Shown one piece after another: positions 52,093 to 61,387 of a stretch of DNA of 64,000 nucleotides (its first letter is position 1; every line of letters starts with the position of its first letter). The stretch comes from an uncultured virus (IMG/VR IMGVR_UViG_3300006358_000003) (taxonomy: Duplodnaviria; Heunggongvirae; Uroviricota; Caudoviricetes), in IMG/VR virus record IMGVR_UViG_3300006358_000003. One strand, 5' to 3'. The notes under the pieces were generated by a model. The model was not told the DNA's origin. It worked only from the letters and a program-made list of their open reading frames with translations, and did no database searches. A program made the translations under genes and the position numbers.

Positions 52093-53003
52093 CAGTTCAA
52101 CCTCCCCTGGCTTCTGAGCTGCGCCTTGAGCGCCGCGTATTTCCGATACCGCCCTGGCACCAGAACCCCATTCACCATCTGGTCTTCGATCGGCGTATCG
52201 CCCATCGTGTCGTCCGCTGCCTCGCGCTCTTCGGCCGTCAGCCGCACCTCGCCGGCCCGCGGCATCCCACCACCAGCCCGACGCGACACCGGCAACGCAC
52301 CGCCGTTCACCTCTCTACGGCGCGGCGCCGGATCCTCGTCCGCCTCCGTCTGCCGCTGCTGGCGTCCACCGCCCAGCCTGGAGTCGATGTGGTCGAAGTA
52401 GGCATCGCTATCGACCGCAATGCCTTCGGCCGCTGCATCGTAGTGCGCCGCGGCCACCTTCGCCCGGAACCGCTCGCTGGTCTTGAACTCGGGATGATCC
52501 TCGATCCACTGCCGCTGCCGTGGCGAGTACTGCGCCAGGTCTACCCCACCGCTCTGCTGCCGCGGCGTCGGCGCTTGCTTCGCCTGCTCGACCGCGATCT
52601 TCAGCCATTCCTTCTTCTGCTGCACTAGCGAGATCTGGCTTTCCGCCCGGGCCAGCGCCCTGTAGACCTTGCCGGCCTCAGCGTAGTTGCCGTCCGCGTT
52701 CAGTTGCGCGATCTGCGCCTCGAGCGCGACTGCCTCTGCCTCAGTCGCAGCGAGCGTGGCATCGAGCGACTGCTCCTCTGCCACCCACCGCTGATCGGTC
52801 GCCGTAGCAGCCGAGCCCCTTGCCTCATCCCGCTCACGCTCTGCTCGTTGCGCGCGCTCCTGTTCGGCCGCGCGCGCCCGCCGCTCCTTCGCCAGCAGTT
52901 CCCGCAGATCGTCGTCCGACACCGCCTCGTGGCCGTTGCCGTTGGGCTTCGACGCCGCACCTCCTGTGCCAACGTCGTCCTCGTCGTCGATGTAGCCACT
53001 CAT
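52092..53003 (-). CDS. Capsid scaffolding protein
   Basis: Acidic coiled coil; C-terminal VRLTAEEREAA..Y; located between portal and capsid. Confidence 0.8.
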   Translation of the reverse strand: MSGYIDDEDDVGTGGAASKPNGNGHEAVSDDDLRELLAKERRARAAEQERAQRAERERDEARGSAATATDQRWVAEEQSLDATLAATEAEAVALEAQIAQLNADGNYAEAGKVYRALARAESQISLVQQKKEWLKIAVEQAKQAPTPRQQSGGVDLAQYSPRQRQWIEDHPEFKTSERFRAKVAAAHYDAAAEGIAVDSDAYFDHIDSRLGGGRQQRQTEADEDPAPRRREVNGGALPVSRRAGGGMPRAGEVRLTAEEREAADDTMGDTPIEDQMVNGVLVPGRYRKYAALKAQLRSQGRLN

Positions 53004-53007
53004 TGGG

Positions 53008-53244
53008 TTACTCCTCCGCCAGCGCGGCGGTCAGGGTTGCTTTCAGCCAGCGGGATACGTGATCCCGCAGCAGCACCGCTGGATCGATTGCGGCCAGCCG
53101 GCGGCGCGCTTCGGCTGCCATATCTGGGTTCATCCGTAGCGCGCGCTGCATCGTCGCCATCGACGGCACAACCGCGTTCTCCCGGAGCCCGCTATCTCTC
53201 GCGCACGTCGCGAGCAGTTCATCGAGGGTGGGCGTTCCCGTCAC
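53008..53244 (-). CDS. Hypothetical protein
   Basis: GTGA coupling after GroES. Confidence 0.55.
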   Translation of the reverse strand: MTGTPTLDELLATCARDSGLRENAVVPSMATMQRALRMNPDMAAEARRRLAAIDPAVLLRDHVSRWLKATLTAALAEE

Positions 53245-53645
53245 ATCACCACGTCCGGCTGCTTGAGGATCAGCTTCACGTCCACGTCCTCGACCACACG
53301 GCAGCGGCGCGGGCCAAGCTCGAACGCCCATGTGTCTCCTACGTTCACCGCGACCCAGTCGCCGACCTTCGGCGTGACCGCTCCCCAACGGTGCGTGGCG
53401 TCCTCGGTGAACGCCATTTCGCCCATCGCCAGGATCAGACCGCACTTGCCTTGGAAGGTGTCTTCCTTCCGCATGCCCTGGTTCTCTGGGAGAAGGATCC
53501 CGCTCCTGGTCCGCACTGGGCGGATGTAGACCGCCAGCAGCACCTCGGTGCCAAGCGGCTGCACGTCGGCCAGATACGGGCCGATCTCCTCCATGATCTC
53601 CTGCTTCGGGTCGACCGTGTGAAGCATCGCAACAGCGGTTGCCAT
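53241..53645 (-). CDS. groES: Phage co-chaperonin GroES-like
   Basis: QPLGTEVLL..RTRSGILLP..ILAMG..KVGDWV..VVEDVDV. Confidence 0.88.
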   Translation of the reverse strand: MATAVAMLHTVDPKQEIMEEIGPYLADVQPLGTEVLLAVYIRPVRTRSGILLPENQGMRKEDTFQGKCGLILAMGEMAFTEDATHRWGAVTPKVGDWVAVNVGDTWAFELGPRRCRVVEDVDVKLILKQPDVVM

Positions 53646-53864
53646 TCAGCCCTCTACCTTTGTGAGTTCCCGCGCCTCGGCGATCACCCAGCGCAGCGCT
53701 GCCAGGTATCCCATCGCGCCCCGGTAATCCTCGAGCGTCGCACACTTGTTCTCGACTACGATGCGCGCCCGTTCGTCGTAGTGCTCCACAATCCGCGGCC
53801 CCAGGCGCACCCAGAGCCGAGGGTCGTGGTAGGTCGGTCGGCCATCGTCAGGCAGGAGGGTCAA
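53646..53864 (-). CDS. Conserved small head-module protein
   Basis: EDYRGAMGYLAAL motif; upstream of GroES. Confidence 0.7.
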   Translation of the reverse strand: MTLLPDDGRPTYHDPRLWVRLGPRIVEHYDERARIVVENKCATLEDYRGAMGYLAALRWVIAEARELTKVEG

Positions 53865-54364
53865 CGCTTCTTCCCGCCATACGCCTTGATCTTCTCCAGC
53901 CGTCCCTCGCCGCCACCCGCACCATCGTCGAGCGGATAGCCCTTCAGCGCGCCGCCCCGCTTCATCCCAGGCGGTCGCATTCCGGGAGGCATGCCGCCGG
54001 CTAGGCCGGGGGGAGGTCCACCCGGCGGCATCCCCGCACCAGGAGGCAGAGGACCACCTGGCATCGGACGCGCCAGCCCAGGCGGCCCACCCATCGGCGG
54101 ACCTCCGGCCGGCACAGGCACTGGAACCGGAACACGCTGCGGCGGCTGCGCACCACCCTGCGGCGCCACGATCACGTTGACATGCGTCCCTTTGTGTTTC
54201 ACGTGCCCGCCGCGCGCTCTCGCCTGCGGTGGTGCCGCTGCGTTGGCGCGCGAGACGCCGAACGCCGCCAGCCTCTCGCCCGTGCCCGGGATCATACCGC
54301 CGCCCGCATAGCCACAGCGCTTCATCAGCGCCGACGCCTTTGCCGCGTGTCCAGACTTCGCCAT
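53861..54364 (-). CDS. Pro/Gly-rich basic protein with xxGG motifs
   Basis: YAGGG, RARGG, MKRGG; GAGGGEGRLEK. Confidence 0.7.
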   Translation of the reverse strand: MAKSGHAAKASALMKRCGYAGGGMIPGTGERLAAFGVSRANAAAPPQARARGGHVKHKGTHVNVIVAPQGGAQPPQRVPVPVPVPAGGPPMGGPPGLARPMPGGPLPPGAGMPPGGPPPGLAGGMPPGMRPPGMKRGGALKGYPLDDGAGGGEGRLEKIKAYGGKKR

Positions 54365-54365
54365 G

Positions 54366-54566
54366 TCAGTCTCCCTTGATGATCGGCATCGTCCACGCCT
54401 TCACCCGAACGCGCGGCTTCCGTCGCATGAACCCGATAGGTCGTTGTATGTCGGGATATGTCTCAGCGCCGGCTTCTGCCGCGTAGCAATCGCCGCGATG
54501 CTGCGTCGGCTCGCTCTCCCACTCGTAGAACGGCAGATCGTCGGCCACCCACATGCGCGGCATCAC
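54366..54566 (-). CDS. Hypothetical protein
   Basis: Coupled; RPIGF motif. Confidence 0.55.
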   Translation of the reverse strand: MMPRMWVADDLPFYEWESEPTQHRGDCYAAEAGAETYPDIQRPIGFMRRKPRVRVKAWTMPIIKGD

Positions 54567-55159
54567 GGCACCTCGTCGAACTGCCGCAGCATCTCTGCCC
54601 CGTGTCGCGTCAGCCGCGCCGCCAGCTTGTGCCCCGGCAACTCCGAGGCGTCCGCCGGGTAGGTGCGCGTGCCGTCCGGCCAGTTCACCCAGGCGCCTTC
54701 CCAGTACTCGCCGACCTCGATCATGTCGCTTTGCCGCAGCAAGTTGTGCCGGTCGTTCTTCGGATCCAGCACCACCATCGCCGGGCGCAGGTCGCCGCGC
54801 TTCTGCACCTTGAACAGCGCATCGAGGTCGACCGCCGGATCGATCACTGCCGGGACCACCGGTGGAGTTGGCACAGGCTCGGTCCTGGTCTGCTGGAGTG
54901 CTTGCGCATCCGTCTGCTGCCCGATCGGGCCGCCAAGCGGTGGATTGAGCGGAACCTTCGGACCCTGGAGACCAGCGCGCCGTTGCGCCTCCGCAGCCGC
55001 CGCAATCTTTTCGTCGAGCAGCGCCCGGTCCTTCGCCGCCTGATCGTCGCTCCTCGGTGCTGCCGATTTGCCGCCCAGCAGATCAACCGTCCGCTGACTG
55101 TCCTTCTGCGTCTGCTCTGCCGATGACAGCGCTGCGTCCTTCGGTGCCTTGTCGCTCAT
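54563..55159 (-). CDS. Hypothetical protein
   Basis: Codon use and operon context. Confidence 0.65.
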   Translation of the reverse strand: MSDKAPKDAALSSAEQTQKDSQRTVDLLGGKSAAPRSDDQAAKDRALLDEKIAAAAEAQRRAGLQGPKVPLNPPLGGPIGQQTDAQALQQTRTEPVPTPPVVPAVIDPAVDLDALFKVQKRGDLRPAMVVLDPKNDRHNLLRQSDMIEVGEYWEGAWVNWPDGTRTYPADASELPGHKLAARLTRHGAEMLRQFDEVP

Positions 55160-55160
55160 C

Positions 55161-55391
55161 TCAGTTGGTTCCCTTCACCCAATCCGTGAACCGCTGCCAC
55201 GGAGTGCGATGCTGCCACGCCACCTCGCGCTCGTTGGCAAGCCGCTCGATCTCGGCCTGCACCGCCGCCGCCTCAATCACCTCTGCCTCCGCTATCTCCC
55301 GGCGCTTCTGGATCGCTCGCAGTGCCGCTTCCTTGTTGCTCCTGCGTAGCAGAGTTGCGGCACGCTCCTTCGCCGTCGTGCGTGACATCAC
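55161..55391 (-). CDS. Hypothetical coiled-coil protein
   Basis: GTGA coupling with the portal stop. Confidence 0.6.
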   Translation of the reverse strand: MMSRTTAKERAATLLRRSNKEAALRAIQKRREIAEAEVIEAAAVQAEIERLANEREVAWQHRTPWQRFTDWVKGTN

Positions 55392-57673
55392 TTCTTTCCT
55401 TTCGCCGCCGGCCGCGGAGCCGGCTTGTTCGCCACCTTCCGCTTGATCTCCAGCTCCTTCAGCCCGCGCTCGTGCTCCGCAGCGGTGGCCGCCACATCCA
55501 GCCCGTGCCCAGCCGCAGCGATCCGGTGCCCGGTCATCGTCTGCTCGTGCTGGTGCTGCATCTCCTCCGTCGCCCGCTCGTGCTCCGCAGCCGCTCGAAC
55601 CTGCTCGACGTTCAGCCGCTCGTGCTCAACCGCCAGCCGCTCGTTCTGTATCCGCTCCTCGCTCGCCCGGTCCTCTGCCTTGATCTGCGCCTCAATCTGC
55701 ATCTCCGCGCCCTGGTGCTGCGCCGTCAGCGCCTCGTTCGCTGCCTTGCGCTGCTGGTCGACGCTATCGTTCTGCGCCTTCGCCACCTTGGCCTGCGCCT
55801 CGATCATCCGCGCCTGCCCGATCAGCGGATCAGGCGGTGCCGCCCCACCAGGCGCCGGCTGCGGTACGGGCTGGTGCAGGAATTGGTCGGCATCGTTCAC
55901 CCCGATGCTTTTCCAAGCCCGGTCATGCACCGCCACGCGGTCGTAGATGTCCTGGTTCTGCCCTGCCACCGTCACCATCGCCGTCGCCAGCATGATGCGG
56001 TGCATCTGGCTCGGCACGTTCGGATCGGACGCCGGTACCAGATCAATGTCGGTGAACTCCGCCGCTGCCTGCCACTGACGCGCCGGGCTCTTGTTCAGCC
56101 GCCACAGCGCCTCTGGGTTCTCCGCGAAGCACTCTTTCAGCAACTGCAGCTCTCGCGCCTGCGAACGATACAGCCGCTTGTGGACCGAACTCTCGATGTG
56201 CGTCGCCTGCTCTATCATCGCGAGGATGGTGCCGACCGGGATGTCCGTTCTCCCCTCGCCCATCGGCGCATCTGCCGCGCTCGAAAGCTGGCCAGACTCC
56301 TTGGCAATCATGTCGGCAAACTGGATGAACGTCGGGCTCGCGTCCTTGTACGGCAGCGCCATCATCGCCTTGCGGATGTCGTCAACCCCCGCCGCGTCGA
56401 TGTCCGGCCACTCGCCCGGCATCGGCTTGATCTCGTTGGTCGACATGCGGGTGCCCTTGAGCTTCACCCCCGCCGGCGCGTTCGCATACATCCCCGCCGT
56501 GACCAGGATGCGCCAGATCGCCCGCAGCGCCTTGGTCTGGTTCCCCAGCAGATGCAGATGCCCGAGGCACAGGAAGCCCAGCGCCGGGATCATCCCGTAG
56601 TGGACGAACTGCTGCTTGCGTTCGAACTCCTCGTCGCCGAACTTCCACCGCCGCCGGATGTCCAGCACCTGGCGCGTGTCCCGCTCCAGCGTCACCGCAT
56701 AGGAGACCGGCAGATCACTGTCCGCGTGCGGGTCGCTTATGCCATAATCCGCCAGGACCTGATCGCAGGTCGTCTCGTAGATGCAGTAGGGAATGTCCTG
56801 CGGGCGCAACCCGAACGGCCGCACGCCGCTGACATCGTCCTTCGCCCGCTGGTCTGCCGACTGCGACGGCTGCGGCATCGACAGCGGCACATCCCGCCAG
56901 TGCCCGAACTTCTGCATCCGGCGAACCTGCGGCCGCGCCATCTCGGCCCGGTGCGTAATCCGCGTCGCCGTGTCCAGGTCGGTCGCATCCTCCGACACGA
57001 TCAGGTCCATCATGTCGATGGCCTCGGACACTGGCCTCCTGCGCAACGGATGCTCGTAGACCTTCTTGAACAGATTGCCGCCGAACATCAGACCGAACAG
57101 CCCACGGTCCATGTCCGGGTAGTACTCGGTCGCGACCGTGGTCAAATAATAATTCATGTCGCGCTCGAGGGCCTGCGCAAGCTCATCCTGCTCTGCGTCG
57201 TCACCCTCATGCGTCTTGACCTTGCACGGCCCGCCGCTTGGCAGCAGCTCGGCAGACGCCGCCGACTGGGCCTTGACCACCGCGCCCAGCAGCATCGGAT
57301 GCCCGATGCGCGACGCCGGCCCCTCGGTCTTGTCCACGTCATCGATCGTCAGACCGAGCAACCGCAGCCCCTCGGTGTAATTCTCGATGAACAGCTTCCG
57401 GCTACCCTCATCCGCCCGGATGCCGTCAAGGATGTCCTGTGCCAGCCCGGGCAGGTCACCATCGGTATTCAGCGCCAGGTTGTCGCCGAACGTCGATGGC
57501 GGCTCGGTGTTCTTGCCGCGATGCACAGCGGGTGCCGCGAGCGTCACGCTGCCGTCGTCGCCAATCTCTACCGACAGCACGCCGTTCATCGGCGCATCGG
57601 CCACCGGATCTGCGCCGAAGCCCTGCCGTGGGTTCGCGCTGTAGTTCTGCTCGCGGGTGTAGCCGTCAGGCAT
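55388..57673 (-). CDS. Portal protein with long C-terminal coiled-coil barrel
   Basis: HPMLLGAVVKAQ..AELLPSGGP..MNYYLT..FKKVY..PVGTILAMIEQ..PASDPN; follows TerL. Confidence 0.9.
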   Translation of the reverse strand: MPDGYTREQNYSANPRQGFGADPVADAPMNGVLSVEIGDDGSVTLAAPAVHRGKNTEPPSTFGDNLALNTDGDLPGLAQDILDGIRADEGSRKLFIENYTEGLRLLGLTIDDVDKTEGPASRIGHPMLLGAVVKAQSAASAELLPSGGPCKVKTHEGDDAEQDELAQALERDMNYYLTTVATEYYPDMDRGLFGLMFGGNLFKKVYEHPLRRRPVSEAIDMMDLIVSEDATDLDTATRITHRAEMARPQVRRMQKFGHWRDVPLSMPQPSQSADQRAKDDVSGVRPFGLRPQDIPYCIYETTCDQVLADYGISDPHADSDLPVSYAVTLERDTRQVLDIRRRWKFGDEEFERKQQFVHYGMIPALGFLCLGHLHLLGNQTKALRAIWRILVTAGMYANAPAGVKLKGTRMSTNEIKPMPGEWPDIDAAGVDDIRKAMMALPYKDASPTFIQFADMIAKESGQLSSAADAPMGEGRTDIPVGTILAMIEQATHIESSVHKRLYRSQARELQLLKECFAENPEALWRLNKSPARQWQAAAEFTDIDLVPASDPNVPSQMHRIMLATAMVTVAGQNQDIYDRVAVHDRAWKSIGVNDADQFLHQPVPQPAPGGAAPPDPLIGQARMIEAQAKVAKAQNDSVDQQRKAANEALTAQHQGAEMQIEAQIKAEDRASEERIQNERLAVEHERLNVEQVRAAAEHERATEEMQHQHEQTMTGHRIAAAGHGLDVAATAAEHERGLKELEIKRKVANKPAPRPAAKGKK

Positions 57674-57763
57674 CGGTGCGGGTTCTCCACACACCCAGGC
57701 CGGCGCGGCGGGATGGCAAGCTGCGGTTGTAATATTCTTTCGTCACGGGGGCAAGGAATTGCG

Positions 57764-59434
57764 TCATGCTAGGCCGTATTCCTCGGCCACCGACCGCTTC
57801 CTGCCATGGAACCACAGCGCCGCGTCCTGCTCCGCCTCGACCTCGCTCGCCAACTGCGCCAGCCCGGTGCGCCGCATGTACATCAGCGCCTGCGTCGCCG
57901 TGTCGAACAGGTCGTCATGTCTCGCGCGCGGGAATTGGGCGACGTTGTCGATCATCAGGTCGGCCCATTTGGTCTTGGGCGCGTAGACCAGCCCGCCCGT
58001 GAACAACGGCACCACCGCATGCGCTCGCGCCGTCTTGTCCCCCTTGGGATCGATGGCGATGAGCTGAAACTCCTCCTCGCGGGTCAGGCGACGCAACTCC
58101 TGCACCACTGAGATGCCGGACGCCTTGCCCTCGACCAGCACCGCATCGGCTTCCCGCCCCTTGCGCCGCGCGGTCTCCTTGATGCGCTCGACCAGGTCAT
58201 GCAGTTCGAGGCGCTCCTGCCAAGCGTGCAGCAGCATGATGCGCGGCCTGTTGCGCCACTCGAACACGCCCCAGACCGAGCACGCCGACCAGTCGTTCTG
58301 CTGCTTGTCTGTGTAGGCGGTGTCGACCGAGACGCAGATCCACTCGAAGTCGGGCAGGCGCGTGCGGGACCGCATCACGCCGTCGACCTCGACCTCGCGG
58401 ACCCAACTGTCCTCCTCATCCTCCGGCGGCCAGACACACCACCAGTCACGTTTGATGATGCCGCCACCGCGTGGCTCCGGCCGCTGCTGGATCTGTGCGG
58501 AGAACGCGAACACCCCGAGCGCCTCGTCGACCGCGCGCTCGCTCGGCTTGTAGCGCGCCGGCCAGAAGTTCTCGCCGTCCTCGGTGCGCGGATCCTGCCA
58601 GAACAGATGGCCGTTGACGTAGGTGGTGTTGCGACGGTCGGACTCGAACCACGCCGGGATGCACAGATGCACAAGCTCGCGGCCATAGCGGTCCAGCCAG
58701 TAGCCGGACAGGTCGCCCTCGGCCTGCCGCTGCATAATCATCACCTCGGCGCCGTGCTCCGGGGAGTTGCCGCGCGTTGACCACACCTCGCGGTAGGCGC
58801 GGATCACGCCATCCCGCACCAGGTCGGACTCGACCTCATCGGTCTTGTGCGGATCGTCCAGGATGCGGATCACGCCGCCCTTGCCCAGCGACTCCGGTAT
58901 GCCGGTGTTGATGCGGGAGCCGCCGGCCGTGGTGTCGTATCGCTCCGCATTGTCTCGGTCGTCGGCGATCTGATACCGCTCGCCCCATCTGTCTTGATAC
59001 CACTCTGTGCCGATGAGACGCCGGGCGGTCACACCATCCTCTTGCGCCTTGCGCGCGCCGTAGCTGCCGCACAGAAACCGCACGCCAGGCCCACGTAGCG
59101 GACGGTCGGCGTCTGGCTGCAGCGCCCAGGTCCACGTTGGCCACGCTATGGCAATGGCGCTGGTCTTAGCCGATCGCGGCCGGATGTTGATGAGCAGCTT
59201 GCGGATGTCGCCGCGCGTGACCGCCTCGAGGTGCTCGCAGATGGCTTGTAGGTGCCAGCCACCGCAGAACGGCGCCGGGTCGAACCATGGCCATGCGCGC
59301 TGCAGGAAGGTGTAGAGGCTGGCCTCGCACGCCAGCGCATCTTGCACGCGCAACTCCCGCTCGATCTCCGACAGGACGAATTGCGCGCTACCGCTGGACA
59401 GCAGATCGTCTAGGAAGGCGAGCGCCTCGCTCAT
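57764..59434 (-). CDS. terL: Terminase large subunit
   Basis: LLINIRPRSAKTS (Walker A), ILDDPH, IMQR, VSVDTA, VEGKASG, FP..HDDLFD. Confidence 0.95.
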   Translation of the reverse strand: MSEALAFLDDLLSSGSAQFVLSEIERELRVQDALACEASLYTFLQRAWPWFDPAPFCGGWHLQAICEHLEAVTRGDIRKLLINIRPRSAKTSAIAIAWPTWTWALQPDADRPLRGPGVRFLCGSYGARKAQEDGVTARRLIGTEWYQDRWGERYQIADDRDNAERYDTTAGGSRINTGIPESLGKGGVIRILDDPHKTDEVESDLVRDGVIRAYREVWSTRGNSPEHGAEVMIMQRQAEGDLSGYWLDRYGRELVHLCIPAWFESDRRNTTYVNGHLFWQDPRTEDGENFWPARYKPSERAVDEALGVFAFSAQIQQRPEPRGGGIIKRDWWCVWPPEDEEDSWVREVEVDGVMRSRTRLPDFEWICVSVDTAYTDKQQNDWSACSVWGVFEWRNRPRIMLLHAWQERLELHDLVERIKETARRKGREADAVLVEGKASGISVVQELRRLTREEEFQLIAIDPKGDKTARAHAVVPLFTGGLVYAPKTKWADLMIDNVAQFPRARHDDLFDTATQALMYMRRTGLAQLASEVEAEQDAALWFHGRKRSVAEEYGLA

Positions 59435-59685
59435 CGCCTGTACGGGTCCCCCTCCATTATGTCTTTTACGATGCGCGCCATAACCGACAGGTCGAAATCG
59501 TTGCGGCAGGTATTCGCCATAGCGAAGCACAAGGCGAATAAGACATCAGCGTTCCGCTCGCCGGTAAGCAGGTCGCACAGGCTTTCAATGAGAGTAGCAG
59601 ACAGGTCGAGGTCTGTATCATCCTGGACCGCCAGCCGTGCGGCCTCGATGCGAGCAACGTGCTGGATGTCGACTGGATCGCTCAT
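59431..59685 (-). CDS. Hypothetical protein
   Basis: ATGA coupling. Confidence 0.55.
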   Translation of the reverse strand: MSDPVDIQHVARIEAARLAVQDDTDLDLSATLIESLCDLLTGERNADVLFALCFAMANTCRNDFDLSVMARIVKDIMEGDPYRR

Positions 59686-59759
59686 CGCGTTCTCGCGCAT
59701 AGCAGCAGAACCACCGCCCAGATCAGCACGACGGACGCGATGCAGCCGAAGAAGATCAC
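59682..59759 (-). CDS. 25-aa single-TM microprotein
   Basis: MIFFGCIASVVLIWAVVLLLCARTR; exactly fills the gap with GTGA/ATGA overlaps. Confidence 0.45.
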   Translation of the reverse strand: MIFFGCIASVVLIWAVVLLLCARTR

Positions 59760-59899
59760 CGCGCTGCCCTCGCCTGCGACACTTCTAGCGCGTTGACCCG
59801 GCTCTCCAGCGTCTGAATGCGCGTGTCGAGTTGGTTGCCCTGGTAGAGCGCCGCAGCGCCGCAGCCTTGGAGTAGCAATAGGAGTAGGAGCGCTCTCAT
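59756..59899 (-). CDS. 47-aa lipoprotein
   Basis: MRALLLLLLLQGC lipobox followed by heptad LDTRIQTLESRVNALE. Confidence 0.6.
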   Translation of the reverse strand: MRALLLLLLLQGCGAAALYQGNQLDTRIQTLESRVNALEVSQARAAR

Positions 59900-60330
59900 G
59901 CCGTCCCCCTCGCAGTCGGGTGGATGCGCTTCACGTCGGGGAACGCCAGATCCCGCAACGCCTGCTCGATGCGGTCGCCGACATACGCGTCAGCACCGCA
60001 TGCCGCGCACAGCACGCCAGTGATCGCCGCTGACTGACCATCCTCGCCGATGCAGGCAACGATATTGCCGCCGGGGGCAAGCAGCGGACCGCCGCATGCG
60101 AAACACAGCGGACTATTGCTGCGATCATGGCGTCCCACGACATCGCGGATCGTCGCCACCACGGCATCGAGCAGTTGCACCATGCGCGCGTTGGCTTCGC
60201 CGTAGTAGTGAGCGGCAATAAGTTGCAGGATGCCCTCTGGAGGAACGACGTAGATCGCAATCGTCCCAGCCATGGCACGGAGGTGCGCCTCTTGCTGCTT
60301 CGTTGTCATCAGTGGGCGCGTCTTGGCCAT
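59896..60330 (-). CDS. Hypothetical protein (CxxC pair)
   Basis: LCFACG...LCAACG. Confidence 0.6.
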   Translation of the reverse strand: MAKTRPLMTTKQQEAHLRAMAGTIAIYVVPPEGILQLIAAHYYGEANARMVQLLDAVVATIRDVVGRHDRSNSPLCFACGGPLLAPGGNIVACIGEDGQSAAITGVLCAACGADAYVGDRIEQALRDLAFPDVKRIHPTARGTA

Positions 60331-60334
60331 CAGT

Positions 60335-60733
60335 TCACACGATCCCCAGCGCACGCTTGAGCAAAGTTGCGAGCGATGTGAGTTCGTCTGGCGTGAGTGC
60401 CGCAAGCGATACGCGCTGATTGCGATCGTCGCCGCTGTGATCGCGCGGTTTGCCGACGCCACGGTTGAGCACAGCCTCGGTGGCCATGAGGCGCACCCGG
60501 CTATCATCGTCGTGCATCAGTTGGACTTGGATAAGCGCAGCCTCTGGCGAGTTCGCAGCGCAGATCCGGCGCGCCTCGTGGTAAGCGGATAGATCGACCG
60601 GCCCGTTTGGATTGCCGGACTGACCAGGCTGATACGGGATTAGGCGGCCGTGCCCATGGGATGGAATGTGGACGGCTCTGCCATCCTCTCTGTCATCAGA
60701 GCGCGGTTTCCTCAGCGCGGCCGACTTAGCCAC
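60335..60733 (-). CDS. Terminase small subunit-like protein
   Basis: YQPGQSGNPNG motif; VRLMATEAVLNRGVGKP; upstream of TerL. Confidence 0.75.
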   Translation of the reverse strand: MAKSAALRKPRSDDREDGRAVHIPSHGHGRLIPYQPGQSGNPNGPVDLSAYHEARRICAANSPEAALIQVQLMHDDDSRVRLMATEAVLNRGVGKPRDHSGDDRNQRVSLAALTPDELTSLATLLKRALGIV

Positions 60734-60911
60734 TGGCGGTTTCCTCCACGATTGCGGGCACTGGAAGCCAGAGCATTTGGAGGCTGGCGATATCCTTCCA
60801 GCACTGCTCTAGGCTGCCGTTGTTCCAGCGTAGTTGCGGGGTTAGGCGGAACATGACGCCGTCGACTAGGCGCGTTTGGACGCCGTCACGGTGGGTGACG
60901 ATGTTGGTCAT
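60726..60911 (-). CDS. Hypothetical protein
   Basis: GAGG RBS; LRW..LEQCW..WLPVP. Confidence 0.6.
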   Translation of the reverse strand: MTNIVTHRDGVQTRLVDGVMFRLTPQLRWNNGSLEQCWKDIASLQMLWLPVPAIVEETASG

Positions 60912-60931
60912 GCATTACCTCTCATTAGGAC

Positions 60932-60961
60932 TTGACACCCTAGGACATGTTGCGGTATGGT
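60932..60961 (+). promoter_or_regulatory. Sigma70-like promoter TTGACA-N18-TATGGT
   Basis: Near-consensus hexamers upstream of the plus-strand cluster. Confidence 0.7.
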
Positions 60962-60985
60962 TGCGTCGTTAACAGGAGACGACAG

Positions 60986-61177
60986 ATGGCCAAGACAACT
61001 TTCCAATATCGCGACCACGACATCATTCAGATACTGAAGATCAGCCGCTCGCCGCGCTTCGCAAACACCTTGGGATACACGGTCTATCGCTCTGGCGTTG
61101 CGGTTCACTTCCCCAACAGCATGCTTGAGGCAGTCCGTTGGATCGACAAAGCAGCTTGGAACAACACGGGGGCTTAG
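60986..61177 (+). CDS. Hypothetical protein (moron cluster)
   Basis: AGGAG RBS. Confidence 0.65.
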   Translation: MAKTTFQYRDHDIIQILKISRSPRFANTLGYTVYRSGVAVHFPNSMLEAVRWIDKAAWNNTGA

Positions 61178-61212
61178 GCCCCCGCCTCCACCACCCTCAC
61201 CAGGAGACGACG

Positions 61213-61374
61213 ATGACCGAGGAACAGATTGAGCGCCGGGTTGAGCGGATGGTTGACCAGCTTGACCGGGAATACCTGTCGTCTGGCATGACGGCTGACC
61301 ACTACCAGCAGCGCATGAAGCAGATCGACGACTGGGCTTGGATGCAGAACTACGAGCGCCGGTTGAGCGCATAG
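61213..61374 (+). CDS. Hypothetical protein (moron cluster)
   Basis: AGGAG RBS; MTEEQIERRVERMVDQLD. Confidence 0.7.
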   Translation: MTEEQIERRVERMVDQLDREYLSSGMTADHYQQRMKQIDDWAWMQNYERRLSA

Positions 61375-61387
61375 AGGGAGAACGAAG

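Noticed and set aside
55322..57772. 816-aa plus-strand ORF (also 49346..51004, 31252..32691, 37630..38709, 60908..62461 and similar)
   Set aside because: Antisense shadows of real genes, typical of high-GC DNA; no recognisable motifs.
59435..59530. Upstream extension of terL
   Set aside because: It overlaps the preceding gene; the ATGA-coupled start at 59434 is more plausible.
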